From contig NC_058368.1 of assembly GCF_018350175.1 (NCBI RefSeq), positions 144,338,001 to 144,402,000 on the forward strand: DNA of 64,000 bases. Direction: 5' to 3'. The notes below the pieces were generated by a model. That model was given only the letters and a program-made list of their open reading frames with translations. It was not told the origin of the DNA and made no database searches. Position numbers and translations under genes: made by a program. Positions within the stretch are counted from its first letter, which is position 1. Every line of letters begins with the position of its first letter. This stretch comes from Felis catus (taxonomy: Eukaryota). This document shows positions 51,984-64,000 of this stretch, piece after piece.

Positions 51984-54565
51984 AGAAATGTCCATTGTAT
52001 TTCCCCAAATACCATCCCCAGTATTCTATACTGGACATATGTTTTATCTTAACTTGACAAGGAACCTGAATCTCAGGTAAAGTGGCCAGCCCCTGTGGGC
52101 CACTTGGGTGAACTGAGCCTAGAATCAATCTGCTTGCAGGTTCTTTTCTACTCTGTGAAAATGGTATGTGGGGCCTACAGTATTTTACCTACCCTTTCCA
52201 CTATGTACTAGTGTCACACGACTGAGACATTTCATGAAAAAGAACATCATTAGCCAATAGAAATAAATTCAAGTGCTGTTAAGTAATGTAGTCAATTTTA
52301 GTATAATTTTATTTTCCTGTTCAGTAGTAATTTTTTTAAGCTCCCAACTTTTGGGCCAGTGATGGTTTACACAGTTGCTGTGCTATAATGGAAAATTCAT
52401 TATCCAAGACACTCCAGAGTCCAAATTTTATTTTGGAAAAGTAATAAAGATGGACCTGAAAAAGAAATCAGGCAGCTGGCCCAAATAAAACAAAGCCCTC
52501 GACCTTAGATAAATGTAATATTAGGCAATCCTTGCCTTTCACCACTACGCAGCCTTGAAAAACACATCATAAATTCTCTCATGGAAGCAGTTTCATGTCT
52601 ATTAATCTGCATCCAAAATGACAGGAGGAGCTTATAAGCTAAAACCCAGTGGGATAAATAAGAGTTCACCATCAGGGAAGGGTCATTGATAAGCGTTTAT
52701 GTGAACAGACTACTAAGCCATAAGTGTTTTGGCATTTTATCCTGTTGATTTAAATGTTTATTCATGAGCATAATTTTAAGCATTAAATAATGCTAAAAGG
52801 CTCTGGCTAACAGGCGGTAGACCTCTGCTTCTGGCCTTCACCCATGCCCCCTCCCCATCCATTGCCAAGGCGGCTGCTTCCAACTCTTTCTTTCCTTTCT
52901 TCCATTTCTCTAAATAATAGGCTGATCTTCCTATCTCTGGGTTCATCACCTTGACACATTACTATTTGGCTTCTCATCGTGCTGGATGGGAGTCTGCAGC
53001 CTTCCCTGCTTTGACCTTCCACTGTACTCATTCCAGGTGCCTTTGGTCTCATTCCTCTTCATAGTTTTCACTGTTGTTGCCAGTAAGGATTGCTTACTCA
53101 TGAGCCACATATGAGGACAAGTGCATTCTCTTTGTCTTGCAGCTTTTTTGTTCTTTGTATTTTTGAAGGTAATAATTGCCTTGTTTTCAGTTCATTCTTC
53201 TATTTGAGTCTGTATCTGACTCTCCCTGAACCTTCCAATAGCTTTGTAAAATGCCTCTCTAGGCACTTTTCCAGATGACAGAACTATCGGTTCCACCATT
53301 CCTCCTGGAGCCCTTTGTCCTGCTCATCTGAACTGTTTGCTCCCTAGCCCTGCTGCACAGCTGTTGTCCTGAGACCTGCCTTTACCAGCATCCTAGGAAT
53401 TCTCTTATCCCACCTTCTGTGCATTTGATTGCCAGTAAAAGAACACTTGGATTCACAAGGGCTCCACTCACAAGAATGTAAATAATCTCACATTACAGGA
53501 ACCTCAGAGGAAGAGTGGGCTTCAGCTCCTCTTCTTTGCAGTTCTCTAGGCTCTGTTTCCCTGCCTTGTTGGCTTTATCATCAGGCTAGTGACAGGGTGG
53601 CTGTGGCTCTTTCATGTATCAAACCCAGACCTGACACTGCCCAAAGGACAAAAAGGGACCAGCATTTCCTGTGACTCTTAGGAGCAAGAGAACTTTTCTC
53701 ATATACTCACTGCCTTCTCATCATTGTCCCATCTCCTTTTCAGAATTGAATCACATGCTCATTCTTAAACCAGTTCCTAGAAGTAAGAATGGCAAGGATG
53801 ACTTTGATTAGCCTAGATTAACCAGGATCAACTTTTGGAGCTTGGTATGAGGACATTATCCCTTGAGTTAATTCCATATAAAATCAGGGTTTTCTTGGGG
53901 TTGGAAAAGATTTTGGATGCCCTACTAATAATACAACTTAAAGAGGTAAATGGAGATTTTGCAGGAATGAAAATGTCTTCAGCATCCCTTCATACTTGAT
54001 TTATTATTTAGCTAGGAATTTGGGATTGAAAGTAGCTTTCACTCAAAATGTTGAAGCATTACTCCATTGCCTGATTACTTCCAGTGTTGTTCCTGCTACA
54101 TTTGTGTTTCATCCATTACCTCTAACCTAACTCCTCTGCTGTCTAAATTAGAGGCCATTGCATAGGTCATCAGTCAAGTGCCCCAAAGGCCTTTGGGTGG
54201 CTTCTAAGATACTGTGTTCTAATTTCCCATAGTGAGGTAGATGAAGCAATTAACTGGTAGTAAGAAACGTGTATTTTTACTCTAGTCTATAAATTCTTGG
54301 AAAAGTTACCTAACTTCATCCACCGCTAAATTTTATGAATCTGCCCCAAAAGTGACTTCAGAAACTATTTGATCAGCACACATCTCTAATAACTGCCTAG
54401 AGAAATTTGGCTTTCAAACAAATTTTGTTAAGTTCCCTTGTAACAAGCAGGAACATGAATTATTACTTTCACTGACTCTAAGCAATGTCACATAAACTTC
54501 TCAGTAGTATCCTTTTAGGAAATGGTTATAGCTTATAAGTGAAGTCCCCACCAAGCAGTTTTATC

Positions 54566-55093
54566 TTTTTTTTTAAATTTTTTTAATATATGAGATTTAT
54601 TGTCAAAATGGTTTCCAAACAACACCCAGTGCTCATCCCAAAAGATGCCCTCTTCAATACCCATCACCCACCCCCCATCAAACTTCAGTTTGTTCTCAGT
54701 TTTTAAGAGTCTCTTATGCTTTGGCTCTCTCCCACTCTAACCTCTTTTTTTTTTTCCCTTCCCCTCCCCCGTGGGTTCCTGTTAAGTTTCTCAGGATCCA
54801 CATAAGAGTGAAAACATATGGTATCTGTCTTTCTCTGTATGGCTTATTTCACTTAGCATCACACTCTCTAGTTCCATCCACGTTGCTACAAAGGGCCATA
54901 TTTCATTCTTTCTCATTGCCACGTAGTACTCCATTGTGTATATAAACCACAATTTCTTTATCCATTCATCAGTTGATGGACATTTAGGCTCTTTCCATAG
55001 TTTGGCTAATGTTGAGAGTGCTGCTGTAAACATTGGGGTACAAGTGCCCCTATGCATCAGTACTCCTGTATCCCTTGGGTAAATTCCTAGCAG
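54566..55093 (-). mobile_element. 5'-truncated young felid L1
   Basis: ORF 54791..55126 is the L1 ORF2 C-terminus. TSD ccaagca(g/c)ttttat at 54551-54564 and 55094-55107. Confidence 0.92.
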
Positions 55094-55152
55094 CCAAGCA
55101 CTTTTATTTATTGTCTTCTCTCCCATCTAGCTCTCTTGCCTCCACATTGCCA

Positions 55153-55153
<1 letters not shown>

Positions 55154-55198
<45 letters not shown>
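55154..55198. repeat. (CA)n microsatellite
   Basis: Seen directly. Confidence 0.95.
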
Positions 55199-55201
<3 letters not shown>

Positions 55202-55407
55202 TTCCCCTTCTCCTCTCTAAGAGGCGTGAAGGACAGTATTGATGTACAACATAACTATAAAAACTCCCTAATGTGATTATGGAAGAGTGGTCACATTATT
55301 TACCTTGAGGTGTGAAAACTACCATAATGAGTACTACGGTAGAGACCAGTATATGATGACAAATTCAGCACCTGTTTGTACTGAGATACGTTAACTTATT
55401 TAGAGCA

Positions 55408-55640
55408 ATATAGTATTTTATATAATATAGCTATAAAACATATTTTTATTTAAATGTGTTTATATATTTATATATTATTTGTAAATCTTTATCTTACTCT
55501 AATTTATATGTAAACATTAATATATAATCAATTAATATATAATTAATAATTTATATATTTAATATATATTAATATATAATACAGCTATAAAATGTATAGC
55601 TATATTAGATATAAAAAGCATTGTATAGCCATATATATGA
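55408..55640. repeat. AT-rich low-complexity tract
   Basis: Almost entirely A/T, with tatata repeats. Confidence 0.85.
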
Positions 55641-55711
55641 AGAAAAAAAGCCATCAGCAAAGCAAATTTTAACTATGGGGGTTTTGTGACATTTAGTAGG
55701 CTTTCAGGAAA

Positions 55712-55780
55712 GGATAGGATGGATGGATGGATGGATGGGTGGGTGGGTGGATGGATAATGAATGGACAGACAGATGAATG
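55712..55780. repeat. (GGAT)n/(GGGT)n tetranucleotide repeat
   Basis: Seen directly. Confidence 0.88.
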
Positions 55781-56539
55781 ACAAGGACTAGCATGGAGGC
55801 TAGGTTATGGAGTAGAGTCTGGAGGTAAGGACTTTAGTTAGCACTAAGCCAGTGGAAGTGATAAAGACTTTTTTGTCTTAAGGATGAGAAGAGTTTGCTT
55901 TTTTGAATGCCTGCTGCTGTTTACTTCACTTGTGGTCATGTGAGCATCAAAGAGTAACAAAAAAGTACCCAGGTTAGCAGGCACTGGTTTCTTCATGCTT
56001 CTTTCCTAGTCTGTTTCCACCCACCTCCTCACCTGCTCTTTGTGTTCCTTGAGTTTTATTTGGAGTCAAAAGGTATTCTTAGTGCTTTGTAATGAGAATT
56101 TTAGTCTGTATTCCTGAGAGTGCCAGCATTCTTTCCACCTCCCACTTTCAGCCTTAGAACAGTGTTATTTGTTGCTGAATTCTTCCAGGAGGTTAAAGAA
56201 TATTCCATTATCCTTTTTCTTGGTTATGCTTTTTAGTTGTTAGCTGATAAAAGAATAAAGCATACACATTTCTCAAATGACATAATGTATGAGAAAAAGC
56301 TCTTGATAAACTTACAATAAGTTTTAGTAAACATAGGGTCTCAGAAATCATTAAAAATCTGGTTCATTTTGGGCATTTTGGCAACACAGTGCAAATTAGA
56401 TTGAATTTCATAATAAAAGCTGCATAATCTTGAGGTGCTTTAGAGTTATCAAAGATTAAACTGTGCAGCTTTATCTTTGTATTATTGTACTTTATTATAT
56501 CCCAGTTCTTTAGAAGTTTTTAATTTATGTGCATGTATT

Positions 56540-57720
56540 TGTGTGGTAGACTGGGTTCCTCAGGGAGCAGATTCTGAGATTTCTGTGCCAGGTATTGATT
56601 GGGAGTGCTCTCATGATCAACACCTGAGGGCTGGATTGGGTAGGACCGGGCTGGCTTCAGCCACCCTTATAGAGAGCTGTGAGATGGGATTGGTCCATCA
56701 GAGTTACCTCAACCTGGGGAGAGGAAGTGTGACCTTTCTACTCCTTATTAGTTAGCTGTTGTCACATAACAAACATATTGTCATGGGTTACCCCACAGCA
56801 TAGCTTAAAACAGTAAACATTTATCATCTGATCATTTCTCTGGGTCAGGAATCCAGGGACAGCTTAGATGGACACTTCAACCTCATGGTTTCTCACAAGA
56901 CTATTATCAAGGTTGGCTAGGTCAGTCATCACTTCAAGGTTTGACTGGGGGAGTTTACTTCCCAGACCTCTTACATGACTGCTGACAAGCATAGAAAATC
57001 TACTTTCAAGTTTACTCATGTGGCTCTTGGTCAGAGACATCAGTTTCTTTCCACGTGGGCTTCTTCATAAGGCAGCCCACCATATGGCAATTGGCTTCTC
57101 TCAGAGCAAATAAGCAAGAAACTGAAAGTGCCCAGGACAGAGGCCACACGGTCTTTTGTAATCTAATCTTAGAAATGACAACGCATGGGGCGCCTGGGTG
57201 GCTCAGTCAGTTAAGCGTCCAACTTTGGCTCTGGTCATGATCTCACAGTTCATGGGTTCGAGCTGTGCTGAACTGTGCTGATAGCTCGGAGCCTGGAGCC
57301 TGCTTTGGATTCTGTGTCTCCCTCTCTGTGTGCCCCTCCCTTGCTCATGCTCTGTGTCTGTCTCTCAATAATAAATAAGAGTTAAAAAAAAAAAAAAGAA
57401 ATGACAACACATCATTTTTGCCATGTTTTGTTCATTAGAAGTAAGTCATTAGGTTCTGCCCACCCTCAAAGGCATAGAATGACACAAGGGCATGAGCACC
57501 AGGAAGCAGGGTTCTTTGGTGGCCACCTTAGAAGCTGTCTGCCAACCCCCATAGCTATCTATTGAGGTGCAGGCTACCCTAGAAAGGACATGACCTCAGG
57601 TGAAGCAGGTCTGGGACTGAGCTGAGGTGACTCCCAAAAAGGGGATATAGCTGAAGATTGTGGGCTAACAACTTCCCTGACAGCTGGGGCAATAAACCCT
57701 TTAGTCCTAAGTGGGAGCTG
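56540..57720. mobile_element. Nested ERVL/MaLR LTR remnants (LTR33/LTR16-like outer, MLT-like inner at ~56746-57545) with an inner SINE
   Basis: gggttcctcagggagcagattctgagat start; inner cttaaaacagtaaacatttatcatc ... gggtcaggaatcc. Confidence 0.5.
57187..57397 (+). mobile_element. SINEC
   Basis: TSD agaaatgacaac(g/a)cat. Confidence 0.92.
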
Positions 57721-58098
57721 AGTGGTACTGAATAATATTCACTTGAATATAGAACTCTTAGTTAACCCAGTATATTTAATAAACCGGAATTTCTCAGTCT
57801 TGTTATTAAACTGTGTAACATGTTGTATTTCTTTATGTGTTTTTTGCTGTTTTGTTTTTAGCATTCTTAGAAATATGTCTTACGTATTTTACTTTGCAGA
57901 GTGTATTACATACAAGACCATTTAGCAAGCACATTCTTTTACTGAAAAAACTTTTTTTCGTCTCTTTATATTATATTGTACTATGTATCAGAATTATTCT
58001 CTTTCTGATAATAGCAGTAGAGTCCAAATTTTTTAGCCAGCAGCGTAAAATGAAATAAATCTAGCTTACCCCAAAGCATTGTTAAAAACCCTTTTAGG

Positions 58099-58225
58099 TG
58101 GGGGCACGTGACTGACTCAGTTGGTAGAGGATGTGACTCTTGACCTCGAGTTTGTAAACTCGAGACCCATGATGAGTGTAGAGATCACTTAAAAACAAAA
58201 TCTTAAAAAAAAAAACAAAAAACAA
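58099..58225 (+). mobile_element. Short SINEC variant lacking the CT tract
   Basis: tRNA-like head, then gtgtagagatcactt and an A-tail; TSD aaaac(c/a)cttttaggtg. Confidence 0.82.
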
Positions 58226-58351
58226 AACACTTTTAGGTGAGCTTTTGGGTGTTTCTTTTTCAGATTGCAAATTTTAATTGAAGTTGTAAGAACTTATAGG
58301 TCTTATTTAATCTTCTACTTTCAGCTTTCAGGCATGGTTTCCTTTATCTCC

Positions 58352-58376
58352 TTTTTTTTTTTTTTTTTTTTTTTTT
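58352..58376 (+). repeat. T25 homopolymer in the exon-23 polypyrimidine tract
   Basis: Seen directly; ends 7 nt before the acceptor AG. Confidence 0.92.
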
Positions 58377-58378
58377 AA

Positions 58379-58561
<183 letters not shown>

Positions 58562-60473
58562 TGATTGTGTTAACAGTTTTTGGTTCATAAACCTTCCACG
58601 TTGTCCAGCAGGAAGAGGATTGTCCTGTAAATGAACATAAGGTTTACCTTTAAACATCTCTTCAAATATTCTGAAACATTTAATTACAATAAAATGAAAA
58701 CAGATCTTTGAAAAGCTCATGTGAATTCAGTCCGCCTTCTCTGCTCAGATCTTTATCTGTTGAGTTGCTAAATTGGTTTTTCAGTCATTTTTCTAAAGAA
58801 CTAAGTTAACTCCTTACTGTGTGCCAACATGTTAGTTGCTTAAAACATTCAGTTATATAGCAAATTACTAAAAGAAACGACATTTAAAACCTTTAGAGTA
58901 CTTCTTCTATTCTTATATTGCATTCAGAAATTAAGAATTCTGTCAGGACATGAATGAAAATAATAGTATCATAGAACTACGTAATTGTAGTCAGTATCCC
59001 CTTGTCACTTCTTTTGTGACAAGATTTTCCTTCTAAACTGCCTTCTTTCTGTCACCTAGACTGTTTATGTGAATGTATTCTACTTTTTACCCTTGATATC
59101 CAGCCAGTATGTAGTCAGTGTATTAACTAATCTTAATATAAATAAATATACTTTGGAAAGAAGATATTCCTAGGAAAATATCCTATTAAAAATAATAAAT
59201 TGTACCTTTTTTCCCCCAAATACAAGATTTTGTTATAGAAGGACATAAGCTCTTTCTTCATCCATCTCCTTCCCCAGCCCTGTACTAGGTGGAGAGTCTG
59301 ATCTGCCCGGGACAAGACATTACTGCCCTGGCATGAGGGAATAGACTGTTGGTCAAATAGAAAATCTTGTCTGGTCACCATACTGTAAGAAACATTTTTA
59401 GTCCTGGAAATCATAACCAAATTTAAATACTGAAATAGTAATACCTAATATTAGTTAAACAGTTGCCAACTTGTGTACTACAGTGTAGTTGTGCAGCCAA
59501 CTCCTCCAGGTCCTTTCTCCTGTGGTTGTGCCGTGGCACTCTACGCTTTGCAATGGTAAATGGTGGTTGACCAAGTCCCAAGTGCTGGAATAGTATAAAT
59601 GGCATGCAGCTTCTTCTGTTGACACTCTCTTTTGGATCATTTCCACAATGCCCAATTAGAACAGTAATTATTTATTATGAGAGTTTAAAGATAAGCCCTT
59701 AGTTCTCTGCAAAGTCCAAGAAAAATTATTTTATTATCCTTTATTATTTTTCTTTTTCCCTGGAGAAACTAGAATAAAACTTTACTACAAAGGGATATAT
59801 ATGCAAGGTGGCAATAAAATATGATAGTTTATACTTACTGCTGCTATATATCCTATATAATAGCAAGAGCAATAAAATTCAGACTATAATAGTTTAACTC
59901 TTCCAACTACTGTGTAATATTTTGAAATCTATAATCTGGACAAGATAGAGAATTGTCAGAAGAGGTTGCATTGGGGTGGAATCATTTATTAGGGTGCATT
60001 GGGGTGATCATTTATTAGGACACTATTTTCATTATTTTACCTTTTACTGAAAGTGTTTATCACATCACTTCCATTGGCAAGATCAAAGAAACCAAGGGGA
60101 ATCTTGTGCATTTGTGTAGCTTTGTTAGAGTAGCTAATATTTATTGAATGCTTGCTGTGCACAGAAACAAGTCAAGCAGTCATTTGCAGCAGCCTAGACA
60201 CCGTGCCAGTTACTATTCTTACTGCTTTACATACCTTAACTGAATCCTTACGACAGCCTTGTGAGATAGGTACTGTCATTATTCCCATACGGTAGTTTGG
60301 GAAAACGAGGCCAAGCAAGGGTAGGAAATCAACCAGGAAACCAGGGTCCCATAACTATTCAGTGGTGGAGCAGTGACTGGAATTCAGATACTCTGGCTCC
60401 AAACCCTAAACACTTACCTGGCAGTTCTTCTACAGAAAAATTATGTCTGTGTTCTGTTGGCATTCTGCTCTTT

Positions 60474-60690
60474 TTTTTTTTTTTTTAATGTTTTATTTAT
60501 TTTTGAGACAGAGAGAGACAGAGCATGAACAGGGGAGGGGCAGAGAGAGAGGGAGACACAGAATCGGAAGCAGGCTCCAGGCTCTGAGCCATCAGCCCAG
60601 AGCCCGACGTGGGGCTCAAACTCACGGACCGCGAGATCGTGACCTGAGCTGAAGTTGGACGCTTAACCGACTGAGCCACCCAGGCACCGC
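60474..60690 (-). mobile_element. Young felid SINEC in the last intron
   Basis: TSD ggcattctgctcttt. Confidence 0.94.
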
Positions 60691-60998
60691 GGCATTCTGC
60701 TCTTTCAGTAGCTAGCTTTACGTTATAAAATCGGTTTTACTTTTCATCCTGTGAGCATAGCCTGTGGCCTGAGTTAGAACAAGCTGGGCTCTCCCCTCCT
60801 TGGAGGCAGTAGTGGCAGTCAGCTGCCTGAGTCCTTGATTATAACAGCATCACTAGAAGGCTGGCGCTGGCACAACTTCCTAACCCCAGAGCCCTGCCTG
60901 GTATTCCAAAGTCATAGACCTTTTATAGCTTGCAGTGAGATGTATTGTCCCCCAACCAGTTCATTTATAAAATAAATCATGTTTTATTTTCTCTCCAG

Positions 60999-61107
60999 GA
61001 AAAGACTAAAGTGTTTTGCAAAGTTATGGGTGATAAATGATGCAAAAGGCCTGCAAAAGTGGAGAGACGAGTTTGACGTGGAAGAAATTTCAGGCTTCTC
61101 ATCTTGA
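60999..61107 (+). CDS. MSH3: MSH3 terminal coding exon (human exon 24 equivalent) up to the stop codon
   Basis: ttctctccag|G. Translates (R)[35 protein letters not shown], with TGA at 61105-61107 followed by a second TGA. Confidence 0.95.
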
Positions 61108-61755
61108 TGAAAACGAAGACTACACTTGTGAACAAAACATGGAGAGTTAAAAATGCCATCTGTACAAAACAACTGTCCAGTAACAGCCTATCTTTGTGTG
61201 ATGTGAGCATAAAATCAGAACTATGGTATATTCCCATTGGAAATAGGCCTTTGGTGTAGAAAGTCTGTGCTAGGTTCTTGTCATGCTGTCTTACAAAAGT
61301 ATAAACAGTTTTGAATATTAAGACTTCTGTTCTATCATTAGAAAACTTCATGAACAGTAAGCTTCACATAAAATCACACCTCCTAAATGAAACCTAACAT
61401 GGTAAAATATAGTTGACGAACTTTCAGAGAGTGACATAAAAATTTAATTCATATTTTTATTTGTTCCAGTTCAGATTAATTTGCAGCTGAGTGAGATGTC
61501 TAGCAGAAGTGTATCTTTCCATTTGAACTAAAATAATTTTATAATGCTACCAGTTTATTCACTATAAGCATAAGAATTTTTGATAAGAAATAGAAAAGAT
61601 CATCAGGCTTTTAGAAAGTAGAGCACAGAAGGAATAAGATGATATGAAATTTGAAAAGTTAAATACTGTCACAGTTTTAAGCAATTTAGAAATTGTTGGA
61701 TGAAATTATTTGTCATGCATTCAGGTAATAAACATTTAATGAATACTTGCTATAA
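61108..61755 (+). other. MSH3: MSH3 3' UTR (about 650 nt)
   Basis: Lies between the stop codon and the AATAAA. The proximal part resembles my recollection of the human MSH3 3' UTR. The end coordinate is an estimate. Confidence 0.75.
61727..61732 (+). terminator. Polyadenylation signal AATAAA of MSH3
   Basis: AATAAA followed about 25-45 nt later by a T/GT-rich element (ttttgattttttttttgttg). Confidence 0.75.
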
Positions 61756-62994
61756 ATTTTGATTTTTTTTTGTTGAATTTTGGGGTTCTCCACTGTTTGG
61801 CAGTTGGTACTTTTTAGGTTTAGTTATGGAACCAAGGTTGCTTCTCCCACCATATACACAGAACTGAACTTAGTGATTTGGGATCTCTCTGTTAATCAGT
61901 ATAGAAAGTGTATCATCTCCCCAGAATCAAAGTATTTAGCTTTGTTGATACTTGACAACACTGCCTCCTTGCACATTTAGGGTGACATGTGTTCGACTGA
62001 GTCCCTGAGTTTTTCACAGCACTTACAACCTGGCTTCTCATATCCATGTGTTTTTTGTTTCTAAGTATATGATCTTGCACGAAGGCTCTCCATTCTGTTT
62101 CCCACCCATTTATTATTCCTGCTTGTTAAATGTCTTCCCCGCATTTGGCAGACATATTTCTAATTCCTTCTTTAGTTTATTTCTTACAGTGGCCCTCACA
62201 ATGACCCCTGGACCCAGAAGTCATTATAGTCTCCCCAAGCTGAGGAGTGGTTGGTTGCTACAGTTTTGAGTCACTCACATTTTAGCCCCCTGGTTCCCAG
62301 CCTTTTGGAGTTAGAATATGATACCATTTGATTGATTCCATAATCCCTTCAGAAATATTAACACAGTGAAATTCTCTCGAATGTCTCAAAACAGAGTTTA
62401 TTGGAATTTACTATCTAAATTTTAAAAAGAACAATACTTTTTAAATAGTGTTTGACTACTCAATAGGATTTTGAATGTTTCATAATCTTTCTAACAAGAT
62501 TTTCAAGGTAGTGCTATAACCTTACTGGCAGGCCAGCAAGAAAAGGAGATGGATCCAGGAAGAATCCCATGCCTGAGGGAGCTGCAGGGACCAGCAATCA
62601 CTGGTAATGTCCAGATGGATATTTCGGGCCATCTCTGGCTTGGCCAGACCAGCGTCAGCATTTAAGCAGGTATGGGCTCCAGGAGCAGTGTGTCCCAGGC
62701 AGTGGCAGTACACAGGGTCTGGAAGGTGACAATGTGGATTATTGCAAGGTAGATTCTTGATATCAGCTGGCCAGCCAGTTTGCAAGAGGCCTGCTCCAAG
62801 TTTGGGAGAAGGCCAGCACTGCTGAACTGCATTTCCAGATGAGGCCCATTCCTAATCAGGTTACTGAAGGGAAAGTTGTGGCAGAGTCCCAGTCATGAAG
62901 ACTGTACAGATGCCATGAAGATTGTCAGGAAAAATGCAGTTGATTGGGTACATACTCCAGATACCAAACTTACGGGTACAATTCTAATGTCCTC

Positions 62995-63880
62995 CAGATA
63001 CTAACTTCATTTCCTTTCGATACATACCCAGCACTAGAATTGCTGGATCATGTGGTAGTTCTGTTTTTAATTTTTTTTTAAGTTGATTTATTTACTTTGG
63101 GAGAGAGCATGTAAGTGCAGGCTTGAGTGGGGAAGGGGCAGAGAGAGGGGGAGAGAAAGAATCCCAAGCGGACTCTGTACTGTCCGCATGGAGCTGGGCT
63201 CAAAATCATGAAGTATGAGATCATGACCTGAGCTGAAATCAAGACTCAGATGCCTAACTGATTGAGTTACCCAGGCGTCCCTCTGTTTTTAATATTTTGA
63301 GAAACCTCCGTACTGTTTTGCATAACGGCTGTACCAGCTTATATTCCTACCAATAGCGTACAAGAGTTCACTTTTCCCTACGTCCTCACCAATGCTTGTT
63401 ATTACTCATCTTTTTTATAATAACCATTTTAACAGGTATAAAGTGATACCTTATTGTAGTTTTCATTTCTGTTTCCCTGATGATTACAGTCAATTTTAGA
63501 ACATTATCATTACTCTAAAAAAGAAACCTGTACCCATTAGCAGTCTCTCTTCTTTCCTCTCCAAAATCCTTAGTTCTAGATAGCCATTAATCTGCTTTCT
63601 GTCACTACAGATTTTCCTCTTTTGGACATTTAATATGAATGGAATCATACCATATATGGAATCTTTTGTATCTGGCTTTCATTTAACATATTGTTTTCAA
63701 CGTTCATTCATGTGGTAGCATGCAACAGTATCTTATTCTTTTTTATTATTGAAAACCATTTTGCTTTATACTACATTTTATTTATTCATCAGCTGATGCA
63801 TATTTGGGTCGTTTCCATTCTTTGGCTTTATGAGTAATTCTGCTATGAATGTTCATGTACAGTTTTTATGTAGTAAGACA
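62995..63880 (-). mobile_element. Old L1 fragments downstream of MSH3, interrupted by a SINE
   Basis: gaattgctggatcatgtggtagttctgtttttaa ... gagaaacctccgtactgttttgcataacggctgtacc, typical antisense L1. Confidence 0.75.
63072..63281 (-). mobile_element. SINEC inside old L1
   Basis: TSD tctgtttttaat. Confidence 0.87.
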
Positions 63881-63884
63881 GAAT

Positions 63885-64000
63885 TTTTTAATGTAATTTT
63901 TTTTAACTTTTTTATTTTTTTCGTAAGAGAGAGAGAGCCCGAAAGCCCATGTGAGCAGGGGAGGAGCAGAGAGGGAGGGAGAATCCCAAGCAAGCTCCAT
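63885..64000 (-). mobile_element. SINEC, cut by the window edge
   Basis: T-rich tail, GA tract and gagaatcccaagcaagctcc. Confidence 0.8.

Noticed and set aside
27731..55126. ORFs with DLPYDPAIALLGIYP or MSNWFPYNTQC (27731, 28232, 33236, 33670, 54791; also 10581)
   Set aside because: L1 ORF2 C-terminal fragments or antisense L1 3' UTR translations in 5'-truncated copies; not functional genes.
60977..61351. 124-aa minus-strand ORF over the terminal exon (likewise 46646..46885 and 21192..21422)
   Set aside because: Antisense shadows of MSH3 exons with no recognisable protein features.
62520..62995. GC-richer block downstream of the poly(A) site, including the 87-aa Cys/His-rich ORF 62522..62785
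   Set aside because: The frames I translated gave no recognisable protein or ordered metal-binding motif, and there is no tail or TSD. Probably an old TE interior; unresolved without a search.

Overview
Mammalian genomic DNA, almost certainly a felid, judged from the young felid-type SINEC and L1 copies; the species cannot be determined from this window. It holds the 3' part of the mismatch-repair gene MSH3 on the + strand: six coding exons equivalent to human exons 19-24. These encode the ATPase Walker A, STF, Walker B, H-loop and helix-turn-helix motifs, with GT-AG junctions in consistent phase, a stop at 61105-61107 and a poly(A) signal at 61727. The rest is intron or 3' flank, filled with about 35 carnivore SINEs, five young L1 3' fragments, older L1/L2/LTR remnants, a fossil piggyBac and a Tigger-like DNA transposon. 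The most notable observations are: an L1 carrying a 3' transduction; repeated re-use of one target site by successive retroelements; a ~480-bp inverted L1 pair; a twin-primed (5'-inverted) L1; a +1 frameshift that gives MSH3 a different C-terminal tail from human; a T25 run in an exon acceptor; and an unexplained A-tailed insert with C/D-box-like motifs. I found no convincing new multi-gene system. Human comparisons and repeat-family names are from memory, not from a search, and boundaries of old repeats are approximate.
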